DNA of 64,000 nucleotides, taken from Deltaproteobacteria bacterium. Lineage in GTDB: Bacteria > Desulfobacterota > Syntrophia > Syntrophales > UBA2210. Numbering within the stretch: the first letter of the stretch is position 1; each line of letters begins with the position of its first letter. The translations under genes and the position numbers were made by a program. The notes beneath the pieces are model-generated. The model ran no database searches. It was not told the DNA's origin and saw only the letters and a program-made list of their open reading frames with translations. The DNA lies in contig JAFGTS010000013.1 of NCBI GenBank assembly GCA_016933965.1, positions 24,063 through 88,062 on the forward strand, written 5' to 3'. This document shows, piece by piece, positions 1 through 8,030 of the stretch.

Positions 1-452
1 TTTCTTCGCCAGCTCCTTTTGAGGGTCCAGAACCGGAATTCAGGAAGGGGCGCTCCGGGTGAGATTCCCATGAGGGGGAGCATTCTGCGGATCACCTTCA
101 GCGACAGCGCCTTGTTGACCAGTGGGGCAATGAATGATGCGAGCAGTCCGAAGGAATAGGTCCGGGCGAAAATTCTGGAGGTCAGGGGCATGAGATGGCG
201 GGTTCCGTACCTGATCTGTTCTTTCAGGATCAGTTCCGCTGGACTGACCCCGTAAGGACAGGATACTTCGCATCGTTTGCACTGGCTGCACAGGCGTATC
301 CACTTGTCGAGGGATTTTTCATCGTCGCAGCGAAAGCGCTCCGTGTCCGGACCAGCCTGCTTGGGACCGGGAAACTCGGGATTGACCCGGTAGACGGGAC
401 AATTTTCAACGCAGATCGTACACCGGATGCAATGTTGAAAATCAAAATCCAT
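1..452 (-). CDS. glpC: Anaerobic glycerol-3-phosphate dehydrogenase subunit C (GlpC), 5' part only. The gene runs off the window start. The reading frame is not in the ORF track because no stop falls inside the window.
   Basis: Manual translation from the ATG at 452..450 on the minus strand gives MDFDFQHCIRCTICVENCPVYRVNPEFPGPKQAG...CSQCKRCEVSCPYGV. This shows two CxxCxxC(x3)CP ferredoxin-like motifs typical of GlpC. It starts 2 nt after the glpB stop (operon glpA-B-C). Confidence 0.75.
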   Translation of the reverse strand, partial: MDFDFQHCIRCTICVENCPVYRVNPEFPGPKQAGPDTERFRCDDEKSLDKWIRLCSQCKRCEVSCPYGVSPAELILKEQIRYGTRHLMPLTSRIFARTYSFGLLASFIAPLVNKALSLKVIRRMLPLMGISPGAPLPEFRFWTLKRSWRR

Positions 453-453
453 G

Positions 454-1647
454 TTACAGTTGCCTCTCGCACATGCGCGCCGCCGCCGCCGCCGTTGCGA
501 TCGCCATGCCGTGACCGCACCCGTATTTCATGACCTCGGAGAAGGCCAGAATGCTTCCGCAGACAAAGAGATTCGCAAAACCGGAATGAAGGGGCCTGAA
601 GGTCGAATCGACCCGTATCCCGGCCTTTTCAACGGGATGTCCCGGCGTAAAGAAATTTTCGTTGAACCAGTGTTTTCTCTCACTGGGGAGGTACGTGGAA
701 AGGTTGAACACCGTTTCCCGCACACCCTCCATGGACGCGAACAGACCGCCGCTGATGAAGGAACCCGTAGCGAGGATGAATGCCCGCCCCTCGACCCTGG
801 TCGGCCTGCCCGATGTTTCAAGGGTCACCGCTTCGATCCGGTCGCCGAGCCTTTCAAAACTCGCGATATCCCTTCCCCAGTAAAGATCGCCCCCCTGTTC
901 GAGAAAGACGTTCTTCAACCGGGTGAAGAGACGCTGTCCCGGTATTGACGGGGGGAGCGTCGGTATTTCGAAGATAACCTGTTCCAGCCGTTCGACCAGT
1001 TCCCGGAGTATGGCCGGCGCCGTCCGGATGCCGAGAACGGCAGGAACGGCGACGGCTTCATCGGGGTGGGAACGCTCTCTGAGCCAGGTGACGAATTCGT
1101 CCCGGAACCGTGCTTCTTCGAAGCGCTCCGCGAGCGCCGCCGTGGTTGAAACACCGGCGTTGAAGACCGAATACCTCGTTGTTTCGGAGCGTGCCGTTAT
1201 GTAGCTGGGGTAAAAATCCTTGAGTCCCGCGAAAGTAACGATATGCAAAGGACCGTCCGCATGTGGATCGGCCGCTGCCATGGTGACGGGAACCAGGCAG
1301 GTGATTTTTTTCGTACCCAGGGGTGTAAGGATCGTTCTGTTTCGGTTAATGTCACCTTCATAGGGAAGCCCGGTCCGCGCCATCACCTCACGGAAAAATT
1401 CGAGGGCCTCCATGATGGCCTGCCGTCCGACAATGTGATAGGGATGCTTTCCGGGAAGCCGCTCGATGTCGCGCAGGGGGTCATCAGTATCGGAAAGGAC
1501 GTCGATACATCCCGTTGAGAGACAGCAGGCGGGATTGCCCCGGGATATCACGGCAACGCTTCTTCCCCGTTTCGCCAGGGCTATCGCCGCCGTCAATCCC
1601 GACATTCCACCCCCGATTATGACGGCATCGTAAAGGTTACCGCTCAC
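454..1647 (-). CDS. glpB: Anaerobic glycerol-3-phosphate dehydrogenase subunit B
   Basis: 397 aa. N-terminal FAD-binding motif VIIGGGMSGLTAAIALAKRG. Overlaps the glpA stop by 4 nt, consistent with a coupled operon. Confidence 0.8.
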   Translation of the reverse strand: MSGNLYDAVIIGGGMSGLTAAIALAKRGRSVAVISRGNPACCLSTGCIDVLSDTDDPLRDIERLPGKHPYHIVGRQAIMEALEFFREVMARTGLPYEGDINRNRTILTPLGTKKITCLVPVTMAAADPHADGPLHIVTFAGLKDFYPSYITARSETTRYSVFNAGVSTTAALAERFEEARFRDEFVTWLRERSHPDEAVAVPAVLGIRTAPAILRELVERLEQVIFEIPTLPPSIPGQRLFTRLKNVFLEQGGDLYWGRDIASFERLGDRIEAVTLETSGRPTRVEGRAFILATGSFISGGLFASMEGVRETVFNLSTYLPSERKHWFNENFFTPGHPVEKAGIRVDSTFRPLHSGFANLFVCGSILAFSEVMKYGCGHGMAIATAAAAARMCERQL

Positions 1648-3188
1648 TCTTCCCGCTCCATAGCCAGAATGCCGAGATAGATGCTTTCCACAAGCTGTTC
1701 CTCTCTGAGCTGATCGCCCCAGAGGGCCGGTTTGATCCCCTTGAACCGCCTCTGAAGGAATTCCTTGAGGGTCCGCATGGAGTCATCCGGCGTCATCCGG
1801 CCCGCTTCCTGCATGATGCCCAGCGCCCGGTAGGTGCAGAACCCCCCCTGGCACGGTCCCATGCCGAGCCGGGTACGATGCTGGATATCCCCGATGTGCC
1901 GGGAGCCGACACTGGACAGGGCCGCTTCAACGTCAGCCCTGGTGACCAGCTCGCACTCGCAGACAATGTCCTTCAATTTTTTCAGGCGCTTCGAGAGGGG
2001 ATAGCCGCTCAGCCGCTCCTGGCCTTCGAGGGGTGTGTCGGCGGTCTTGCACCGTGTCTTGAGGCCGAACACGCTTATGACGGTATCGCACATTTTTTCC
2101 GCCATCAACCGGTAGGTGGTCAATTTACCGCCGATGATGCTGTACAGCCCGTTTTCGTGGTCGATGATGCGGAACCCCCGGGATATCTTCCGGTCATCGT
2201 TCGTTTCCGACTTGAGGAGAGGACGGACTCCGGCATAGGTTCGGATCAGTCGTGTCGTCCCGAACCCCGGTATCATCATTTCCGCTTCCGTTGCAACGAT
2301 ATCCACTTCACGGGGATCCACTTCCACCGCGCCGGGATCGAGAACGGGCACCGATGTGGTGCCGGCAAGACAGACTGCCTCGTTGGGGACGATAATGTCT
2401 CCGTCGGATGGCGGCCTGAGGCGGTTGATGACCATATTCGTCAGCCGGTGATTTGTTATGATCAGGCTTCCCTTGGAAAGTGTCATGGGCACCGTGCAGT
2501 CCGCGAGTATGGCGGTTCTGTCCCCCCAGGCACCCGTGGCATTGATGATCAGCTTGCCTCTGATCTCTTTCATGTCACCCGTATGTTCCTCGCGTGCCTT
2601 GACCCCGACGCACCGGCCGTGTTCTTTGATGATTTCCGTTACTTCGTGATGGGTGAAGATGCGGGCGCCCTTTTTCTCTGCCGTAACGATGTTCAACAGG
2701 CATAATCTGAAGGGGTCGATGGAGCAGTCGGGTACCCTGATCGCTTCTTCTATGGAGGGATTCAAGGTCGGGACGAGATCAAGGGCCTTGCTGGGGGAAA
2801 GGACCTCCGTGTCTATGCCGATGGTTTCACAGCTTTTCAGGAACCGGTCCCTGAAATTTTTCGAATCACCGGGCAATCGGACAAAGAGGCCACCCGTTTC
2901 TTCAACGCACTTGCGCCCGATCTTGCGGAGGATCATGTTTTCGGCGATACACTCGGCGGCCGCCTCCGGATCGTTCACCACGTATCTTCCCCCGCTGTGG
3001 AGGAGGCCATGGCAGGCGCCGGTTGCTCCCGCTGCGAAATCACCCTTTTCGATGAGGCAGTGGGAAATGCCACGGAGCGCCAGGTCCCGGGCGATACCGC
3101 ATCCCGTTGAACCGCCGCCGATGATGATGACGTCTGTTTTAAGCATAGCCGGTTGCTTTCCCGTGGGACTGGTCGGTGCCTTTCCCAT
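1644..3188 (-). CDS. glpA: Anaerobic glycerol-3-phosphate dehydrogenase subunit A (FAD-dependent, with C-terminal BFD-like [2Fe-2S] domain). An alternative start lies at 3146 (MLKTDVIIIGGG).
   Basis: DVIIIGGGSTGCGIARDLALRG dinucleotide-binding motif. C-terminal CECELVTR...GPCQGGFCTYR BFD-like cysteine motif. Confidence 0.85.
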   Translation of the reverse strand: MGKAPTSPTGKQPAMLKTDVIIIGGGSTGCGIARDLALRGISHCLIEKGDFAAGATGACHGLLHSGGRYVVNDPEAAAECIAENMILRKIGRKCVEETGGLFVRLPGDSKNFRDRFLKSCETIGIDTEVLSPSKALDLVPTLNPSIEEAIRVPDCSIDPFRLCLLNIVTAEKKGARIFTHHEVTEIIKEHGRCVGVKAREEHTGDMKEIRGKLIINATGAWGDRTAILADCTVPMTLSKGSLIITNHRLTNMVINRLRPPSDGDIIVPNEAVCLAGTTSVPVLDPGAVEVDPREVDIVATEAEMMIPGFGTTRLIRTYAGVRPLLKSETNDDRKISRGFRIIDHENGLYSIIGGKLTTYRLMAEKMCDTVISVFGLKTRCKTADTPLEGQERLSGYPLSKRLKKLKDIVCECELVTRADVEAALSSVGSRHIGDIQHRTRLGMGPCQGGFCTYRALGIMQEAGRMTPDDSMRTLKEFLQRRFKGIKPALWGDQLREEQLVESIYLGILAMEREE

Positions 3189-3248
3189 AAGTGCCGATAA
3201 CCTACCGTTTTTTTACGTTTCCTGTCAATACCGGATCCTGCGCGGGCG

Positions 3249-4583
3249 TTATTTCATGTGGGCCATGGTTTTGTCCGCGGCCTCAAGGGTCCGGTCGATA
3301 TCGGCGTCGGTATGTGCCATGTTCATGTACCATCTGCCGCCGGCCATGACGATGACGCCCTCCTCCTGCATCATGGGCCAGAAGGCGTACAGCAGGTTCA
3401 GGTCGAATTCCTCCAGGTCTTCTTCACCATAGACCCCGTCTTTCGTAACACCGAAAAGGAGGTGAAAGGCCCCGGGAATGCCGTGAACAAGGGCGGGTAT
3501 CCCCCGCCGTTTTGCGATCTCACGCAATCCCTCCATGAGCCGCTGCTGTATTCGCCACATTTCATCGTAACAGGCACCGCCGTCGCGTTCGAGTATCGTC
3601 AGGGTCGTCAGTGCCGCCTGAACTCCCAGGGGATGTCCGTTGAAGGTACCCGGACCGAGAGCGGTGCGGTCTTCGAGCTGGTTCATTATGTCCGCCCGGC
3701 CCGTGACCGCCGAGAAGGGGATGCCGCTGGCTATCGCTTTGCCGAAGGTAGCGATGTCTGGTGTCACGCCGAGATACCCCTGGGCCCCCGTAAGACCGAC
3801 CCTGAAACCGGTGATGATCTCGTCCATGCTCATCACGATCCCGTATTTCGTGCAGAGCTCGCGGATCTTTTCAATAAAACCCGGCTTCGGCATCATGCCG
3901 AAATGGTTCAGAACGATCCCCTCGAAATGGATGATGGCCACTTCATCGCCGTATCGTTCGAGCACTTCTTCAAGCCGCTCGAAATCGTTCCAGGGAAGTA
4001 TGAAGGATTCCTCCAGCGCGTGGGGGCTCCGTCCTTTCGTGAAGGTGACCAGGTCAATGTCCGGATTGTCGATGCCATACGGTTTCATGCTCCGGTCCGG
4101 ATTTGACACGCCACCCAGAATGTTGTCCAGCCACCCGTGATAGTGACCTTCGAAGCGGAGAAAATACGGTCTTCCCGTGTAGACGCGGGCCAGCCGGATC
4201 GCAAGCTGGACCGCCTCGGTACCCGAAAGGCACAGTTTGACCTTTTCGGCGCAGGGGATGAGCTGCGTCATCTTTCTGCCGAGCTCGATGTCCGCGGGAG
4301 TGTAGAATATCCCCGAACCGATGGAGGTCGACATGACATCAAGGTAGTCCTTGAGGGACTGCACGTATTCGGGATGCCGGTGACCCAGGATCATGGGCCC
4401 CATGGCGTTCATGAAGTCGATATATTTGTTTCCGTCTATGTCCCACAGGCGGCATCCCTCGGCCCGGGCGATAAAGACCCTGTTCTGCGTTGCTTCAAAG
4501 GGGACCCTGAAGTTACTGTGCCCCCCGGGAAAAATGTCATTGAATATTGGTGTCAATTCCCGGCACTTGGTATGGATCATCAT
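3249..4583 (-). CDS. Class-III PLP-dependent aminotransferase (glutamate-1-semialdehyde aminomutase-like)
   Basis: 444 aa. Class-III aminotransferase family similarity throughout (…GHRHPEYV…, …DEIITGFRVG…, …TFGKAIASGIPFSAV…); a PLP lysine is expected in the GKAIA region but no specific residue was assigned. Confidence 0.75.
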   Translation of the reverse strand: MMIHTKCRELTPIFNDIFPGGHSNFRVPFEATQNRVFIARAEGCRLWDIDGNKYIDFMNAMGPMILGHRHPEYVQSLKDYLDVMSTSIGSGIFYTPADIELGRKMTQLIPCAEKVKLCLSGTEAVQLAIRLARVYTGRPYFLRFEGHYHGWLDNILGGVSNPDRSMKPYGIDNPDIDLVTFTKGRSPHALEESFILPWNDFERLEEVLERYGDEVAIIHFEGIVLNHFGMMPKPGFIEKIRELCTKYGIVMSMDEIITGFRVGLTGAQGYLGVTPDIATFGKAIASGIPFSAVTGRADIMNQLEDRTALGPGTFNGHPLGVQAALTTLTILERDGGACYDEMWRIQQRLMEGLREIAKRRGIPALVHGIPGAFHLLFGVTKDGVYGEEDLEEFDLNLLYAFWPMMQEEGVIVMAGGRWYMNMAHTDADIDRTLEAADKTMAHMK

Positions 4584-5332
4584 GATATCCTCCTTTTCGA
4601 CATGGTTGCCCCCCGATGGTTATTCCCCCCAAACCTTCAAAATCGCAGTTACGAAATGGCGCTCATCGCCGCTTCAGGTCGATCGTGACGCAACGGTCAG
4701 TATCAGAGGGCAGAAGTTTTTCACTTTGTCTCTCTGTTCCTTTGTCACTTTGTTACTATTAGTATCGCAGTTTTGCGACTTTTTCCGGGGCTGTCAAGAG
4801 TGATCTGTGTATCTCGCATCGGTGAATGATCGCCGATTCCCTGGTGAGAAAAATGGCAGGAAATCGCCGGAAACAGAATGAAGAATGAAAAACGGATTTC
4901 CGGGACTCCATATTAAAATGGCTTGCCTTAGGTGCCGTCGATCGCGAACACCCAAGCAAGCCGGCAAACCCTCGAACTAAACTTCCTTGTTCCAATGTGT
5001 AGCTCCTGCCGCTGCAGCTGCAAGCGGACTGGCTGAGAAATTCTTACTTGACGAAGTTAGTTTCGAGTTTGATATAAGTCTAATATGGAGAGCTGAAAAA
5101 GTCAAGGGTGCATTTGGAAACGGGTAGCATCAGAGCAGGGGTGCCGGATGAAATTCTGCCGGTAACGCTTATGTGAGGCTTGCTTTTACTGCATTTTTTA
5201 CATACATTTCATCATGATGAAAGGCGGCGGCATCAACCGGCTCATTGGCGATACGGTGACCGATATGGTGGGTGGAGCGCCTTTTTACGACCAGCATGTC
5301 CGGCTTAGGAACGACTGAAAGAGGGTGGTGTC

Positions 5333-6004
5333 ATGGACAAGAGCTCTCGAATTCCAGCCGATCTTCTTTCCTATTGTACCGGGTGGGCAGAGAGACTGAG
5401 GATGATGCCCGGCAACGAGCTTCGCATCCGGTACATGGTCAGCGAACTCCCACGGCTTCTCCGTGACCGGGTCCTCATGAAAAATATACTTTCCGCCATC
5501 GCTGCCGGTGCTCTTTATCCCGATCCGCGATCGGCGACGATGTTTCCCGGCGAGGTGGTCCTCTACCGTGATCCGGAGCGCCTTTTTTCTCTTCGACTGT
5601 ACCTGTGGGGCCCCGGTGAATATAATCCCGTGCATGATCATAATTCCTGGGGTGTCATCGGGGCGGCCGCGGGAAAACTGGAGGTTGTGGAATACCGCCT
5701 CGAGGACAGCGCTTCAACGGCCGAAGCGAAAGGCCCCACGGAGAAGGCCAGAAGAGTCCTTCTGCCGGGACAGGTCTGCACCATCCTTCCGCTGAACGAG
5801 GGAATTCATCGAACGGGGAATTCCACGGAAGAAACGATCGCACAGGTCGGTATATACGGGGGATCGCAGACCGGCCGCCGCCATATAACGGTCTATGACC
5901 TCGAGTCGGGAACCGTGGGTGCACTGTACGCCCCATCGGAAAGAAAGAAAAACCTGGCCGGTGAGGCCCTTCAGTGGGACGAAAAAAGCGGTGATGAACA
6001 CTGA
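5333..6004 (+). CDS. Cupin-fold protein, cysteine-dioxygenase-type-I-like (thiol dioxygenase family)
   Basis: 223 aa. Contains NPVHDHNSWG plus a downstream His (GIHRTGN), a 3-His cupin metal site arrangement reminiscent of the CDO/MDO family. Confidence 0.5.
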   Translation: MDKSSRIPADLLSYCTGWAERLRMMPGNELRIRYMVSELPRLLRDRVLMKNILSAIAAGALYPDPRSATMFPGEVVLYRDPERLFSLRLYLWGPGEYNPVHDHNSWGVIGAAAGKLEVVEYRLEDSASTAEAKGPTEKARRVLLPGQVCTILPLNEGIHRTGNSTEETIAQVGIYGGSQTGRRHITVYDLESGTVGALYAPSERKKNLAGEALQWDEKSGDEH

Positions 6005-6048
6005 TATCCATCTGGAGTCGGTGTTTCCCGTTAAAAGGGGAGGAAACG

Positions 6049-7068
6049 ATGGAACTGAGGGAAGGGACGAGGCTGATAGAAGCGACGGGGCGACCCGGGT
6101 TCGGTCTGTACCGGGATCCGCTCACCGACCTCGACGTGAGAGAACTGCGGGTTTACGGGAAGGACAAGCGCGGCCCCGGCAGGGGGTTCTGCTCGTTGTT
6201 CCGGTTCAAGAGATGGCAGTATCTCGGGGTGTGCAACGAGCGGCTCATTTGCGGCATTGCCGTCGTCAGCCTGGGATATCTCGGACAGATGTTCGCCTAT
6301 GTCTATGAACGGGCGAAGGGTGAACTGCGTGAACATGAGAGTATCCGGCCGCTGGGGATCGGCATTCGCATCGACGGCAGTTCCGCCTCGGGCCGGGCCC
6401 GTTTCAGGGGAGGCCGGACACAAGTGGACATGACCGATGCGAAGGAATTCATCCTTCTCAAGGCGGACATTGAGGGCAGGTTCAAGGCCGACTTGAAGTT
6501 CGAACGCTATCGGGAATCACTGAACCTTGTCAGTCGCGTGGGACTGGCGGGATTTAATTACACCACCAAGGAATCGGGAATGCCCGTGGAGGGGACCGTC
6601 GTCCTGGACGGGAGAAGTTACGGGATAGAGCGCGCCGATTCATCTGGGGTGCTCGACTATACCCTGGGGCTTCTGTCGCGGCGGACCTTCTGGAACTGGG
6701 CGTCGGGCGGCGGTTTTGACGCCGGGGGAAAGCGAGTCGGTTTCAACCTGGTTCAGGGAGTGAATGAAACAGGCTATACGGAAAACGTGTTCTGGGTTGA
6801 CGGGCGCATGGTCAAGACCGACACCGTCGATTTCCGTTACGACGACCTCGATCTCATGAAACCCTGGACCCTGCTGTCCCGCGACGGTAAAATAAACCTT
6901 GTCTTTTATCCCGAGGGGGAAAGAAAAAAGAACGTCAACCTGGGATTTCTGATGAGCCGGTTCCGCCAGCCTTTCGGCCGTTTTGAAGGAACTCTCGGTG
7001 ACGGCGGTCAGGTATACCGCGTTCGCTCCGCCTGGGGTTTTACGGAAGAACACGAGGCGAAGTGGTAG
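6049..7068 (+). CDS. Hypothetical protein (possibly DUF2804-like); no catalytic motif recognised
   Basis: 339-aa ORF with a good RBS context (gaggaaacgATG) and coding-like composition. Family assignment is tentative. Confidence 0.4.
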   Translation: MELREGTRLIEATGRPGFGLYRDPLTDLDVRELRVYGKDKRGPGRGFCSLFRFKRWQYLGVCNERLICGIAVVSLGYLGQMFAYVYERAKGELREHESIRPLGIGIRIDGSSASGRARFRGGRTQVDMTDAKEFILLKADIEGRFKADLKFERYRESLNLVSRVGLAGFNYTTKESGMPVEGTVVLDGRSYGIERADSSGVLDYTLGLLSRRTFWNWASGGGFDAGGKRVGFNLVQGVNETGYTENVFWVDGRMVKTDTVDFRYDDLDLMKPWTLLSRDGKINLVFYPEGERKKNVNLGFLMSRFRQPFGRFEGTLGDGGQVYRVRSAWGFTEEHEAKW

Positions 7069-7083
7069 ACGGGAGCGACCGTC

Positions 7084-7629
7084 CTATTGAATGGTCTGAA
7101 GAAAGGATATCACCTGCTGTACGCCCGTGATATCCCGGGCCAGGCCGGTGGCATGTTCCGCCGCTTCTTCCGATCGCACGATACCGACGAGCACGACGGT
7201 TCCCTGCACCGAGATGACATCGAAGAAGGGCCAGGCGATGTTCTCTTCCTTCTTCAGGAGTTCCTTCACTTCGGAGGAGATCCTCATGTCCTCGGCGGCT
7301 CCATCGGGACCGTTCTCCCGGGCGGGCAGGAGAAAGGTGTCGAGCGAGCGAACCCCTTCCACGTTCCGGGCGATCTCAATGGCCCGTGTTTTTTGAGCTT
7401 CCTCCTCGTATTCCCCGACAAGACAGGCATGGCCGTTGTAGCACCGGGGATTAAGGCAGAGATCCCTCGTCAGTTCGTCATCGAGGAGCAGTTTGAAGAT
7501 GGTGGTTACGATCCGCCGGTCCTGTGCCGGGTCGGCGATCGGTCTCTGCGCGGCGGGTGGGACCGTGGAACAGGCGATAAGACCTGCCAGGAGGAGAAAC
7601 AGGACCGGGACGATGTGTCGTTTTTTCAT
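7084..7629 (-). CDS. BON-domain lipoprotein (OsmY-like, two BON domains). The start is taken at the internal MKKRH, which gives a lipoprotein signal peptide.
   Basis: MKKRHIVPVLFLLLAGLIAC has a lipobox. Two BON-like segments (…RNVEGVRSLDTFLL… and …DITGVQQVISFLQ…). The upstream part of the track ORF (7630..7857) overlaps a repeat array and is probably not coding. Confidence 0.65.
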   Translation of the reverse strand: MKKRHIVPVLFLLLAGLIACSTVPPAAQRPIADPAQDRRIVTTIFKLLLDDELTRDLCLNPRCYNGHACLVGEYEEEAQKTRAIEIARNVEGVRSLDTFLLPARENGPDGAAEDMRISSEVKELLKKEENIAWPFFDVISVQGTVVLVGIVRSEEAAEHATGLARDITGVQQVISFLQTIQ

Positions 7630-7797
7630 GATCTCTCCGCGTACTTTCCGCAAACAATCTCTTACGTCACGCACCCGTTGGATGAATCCCTTGTGACGCG
7701 GCAATGAAACGGTTTTATGAGGTTCAAAAGTTTTTCTCCTCCCTTTGTAAAGGGAGGCCGGGAGGGATTTTCGTATGTAAAATCCCCCCACCCCCCC

Positions 7798-7916
7798 CTT
7801 TATCAAAGGGGGGCTTTCAGCATGGCACTTTATCAAAGGGGGCTTTCGGTTTGGCACTTTATCAAAGGGGGCTTTCGGTTTGGCACTTAGTCAAAAGGGG
7901 GCTTTTCACTTTGTCA
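7798..7916. repeat. Tandem array of about 4 copies of a 29-30-bp unit (cttTATCAAAGGGGGCTTTCGGTTTGGCA). The last copy is degenerate.
   Basis: Copies at 7798-7827, 7828-7856, 7857-7885 and 7886-7916, directly abutting with no spacers. Each unit contains TGGCAC and AAAGGGGGCTTT. Confidence 0.75.
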
Positions 7917-8030
7917 CTTTGTTGCTTCGCCCCTTTGTCGCTTTGCCCTTTTGTCACTCTATCTCTTTGCCGCCCTGCCACTGACTGTAACCGATTCGGG
8001 CCGGTATAAAGGAATTCATCCGATGGCCCG

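Noticed and set aside
40-303. Track ORF (87 aa, minus strand) at the window start
   Set aside because: It lies in a different frame from the frame that translates into a convincing GlpC N-terminus (ATG at 452). It is a shadow ORF.
1878-3432. Long plus-strand ORFs (275 aa, 259 aa) inside glpA
   Set aside because: They are antisense to a strongly supported gene in a high-GC genome. There is no motif and the third-position GC pattern follows the minus strand.
4800-5250. tmRNA, RNase P RNA, SRP RNA or 6S RNA in the 750-bp gap
   Set aside because: No tRNA-like acceptor/T-arm, no tag-peptide ORF ending ALAA, no P4/GGAAAGUCCGG-type RNase P blocks and no SRP domain IV motif. Only a generic structured non-coding region was left as a finding.
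7798-7916. Possibility that the 29-bp tandem repeats are a CRISPR array
   Set aside because: Copies abut directly with no unique spacers. There are no cas genes. The unit is not palindromic in the CRISPR sense.
7704-8009. 101-aa ORF (MKRFYEVQKFF...PPPPPLSKGGF...)
   Set aside because: It is the translation of the tandem-repeat/palindrome array. Low complexity. It overlaps the promoter region of the BON gene.
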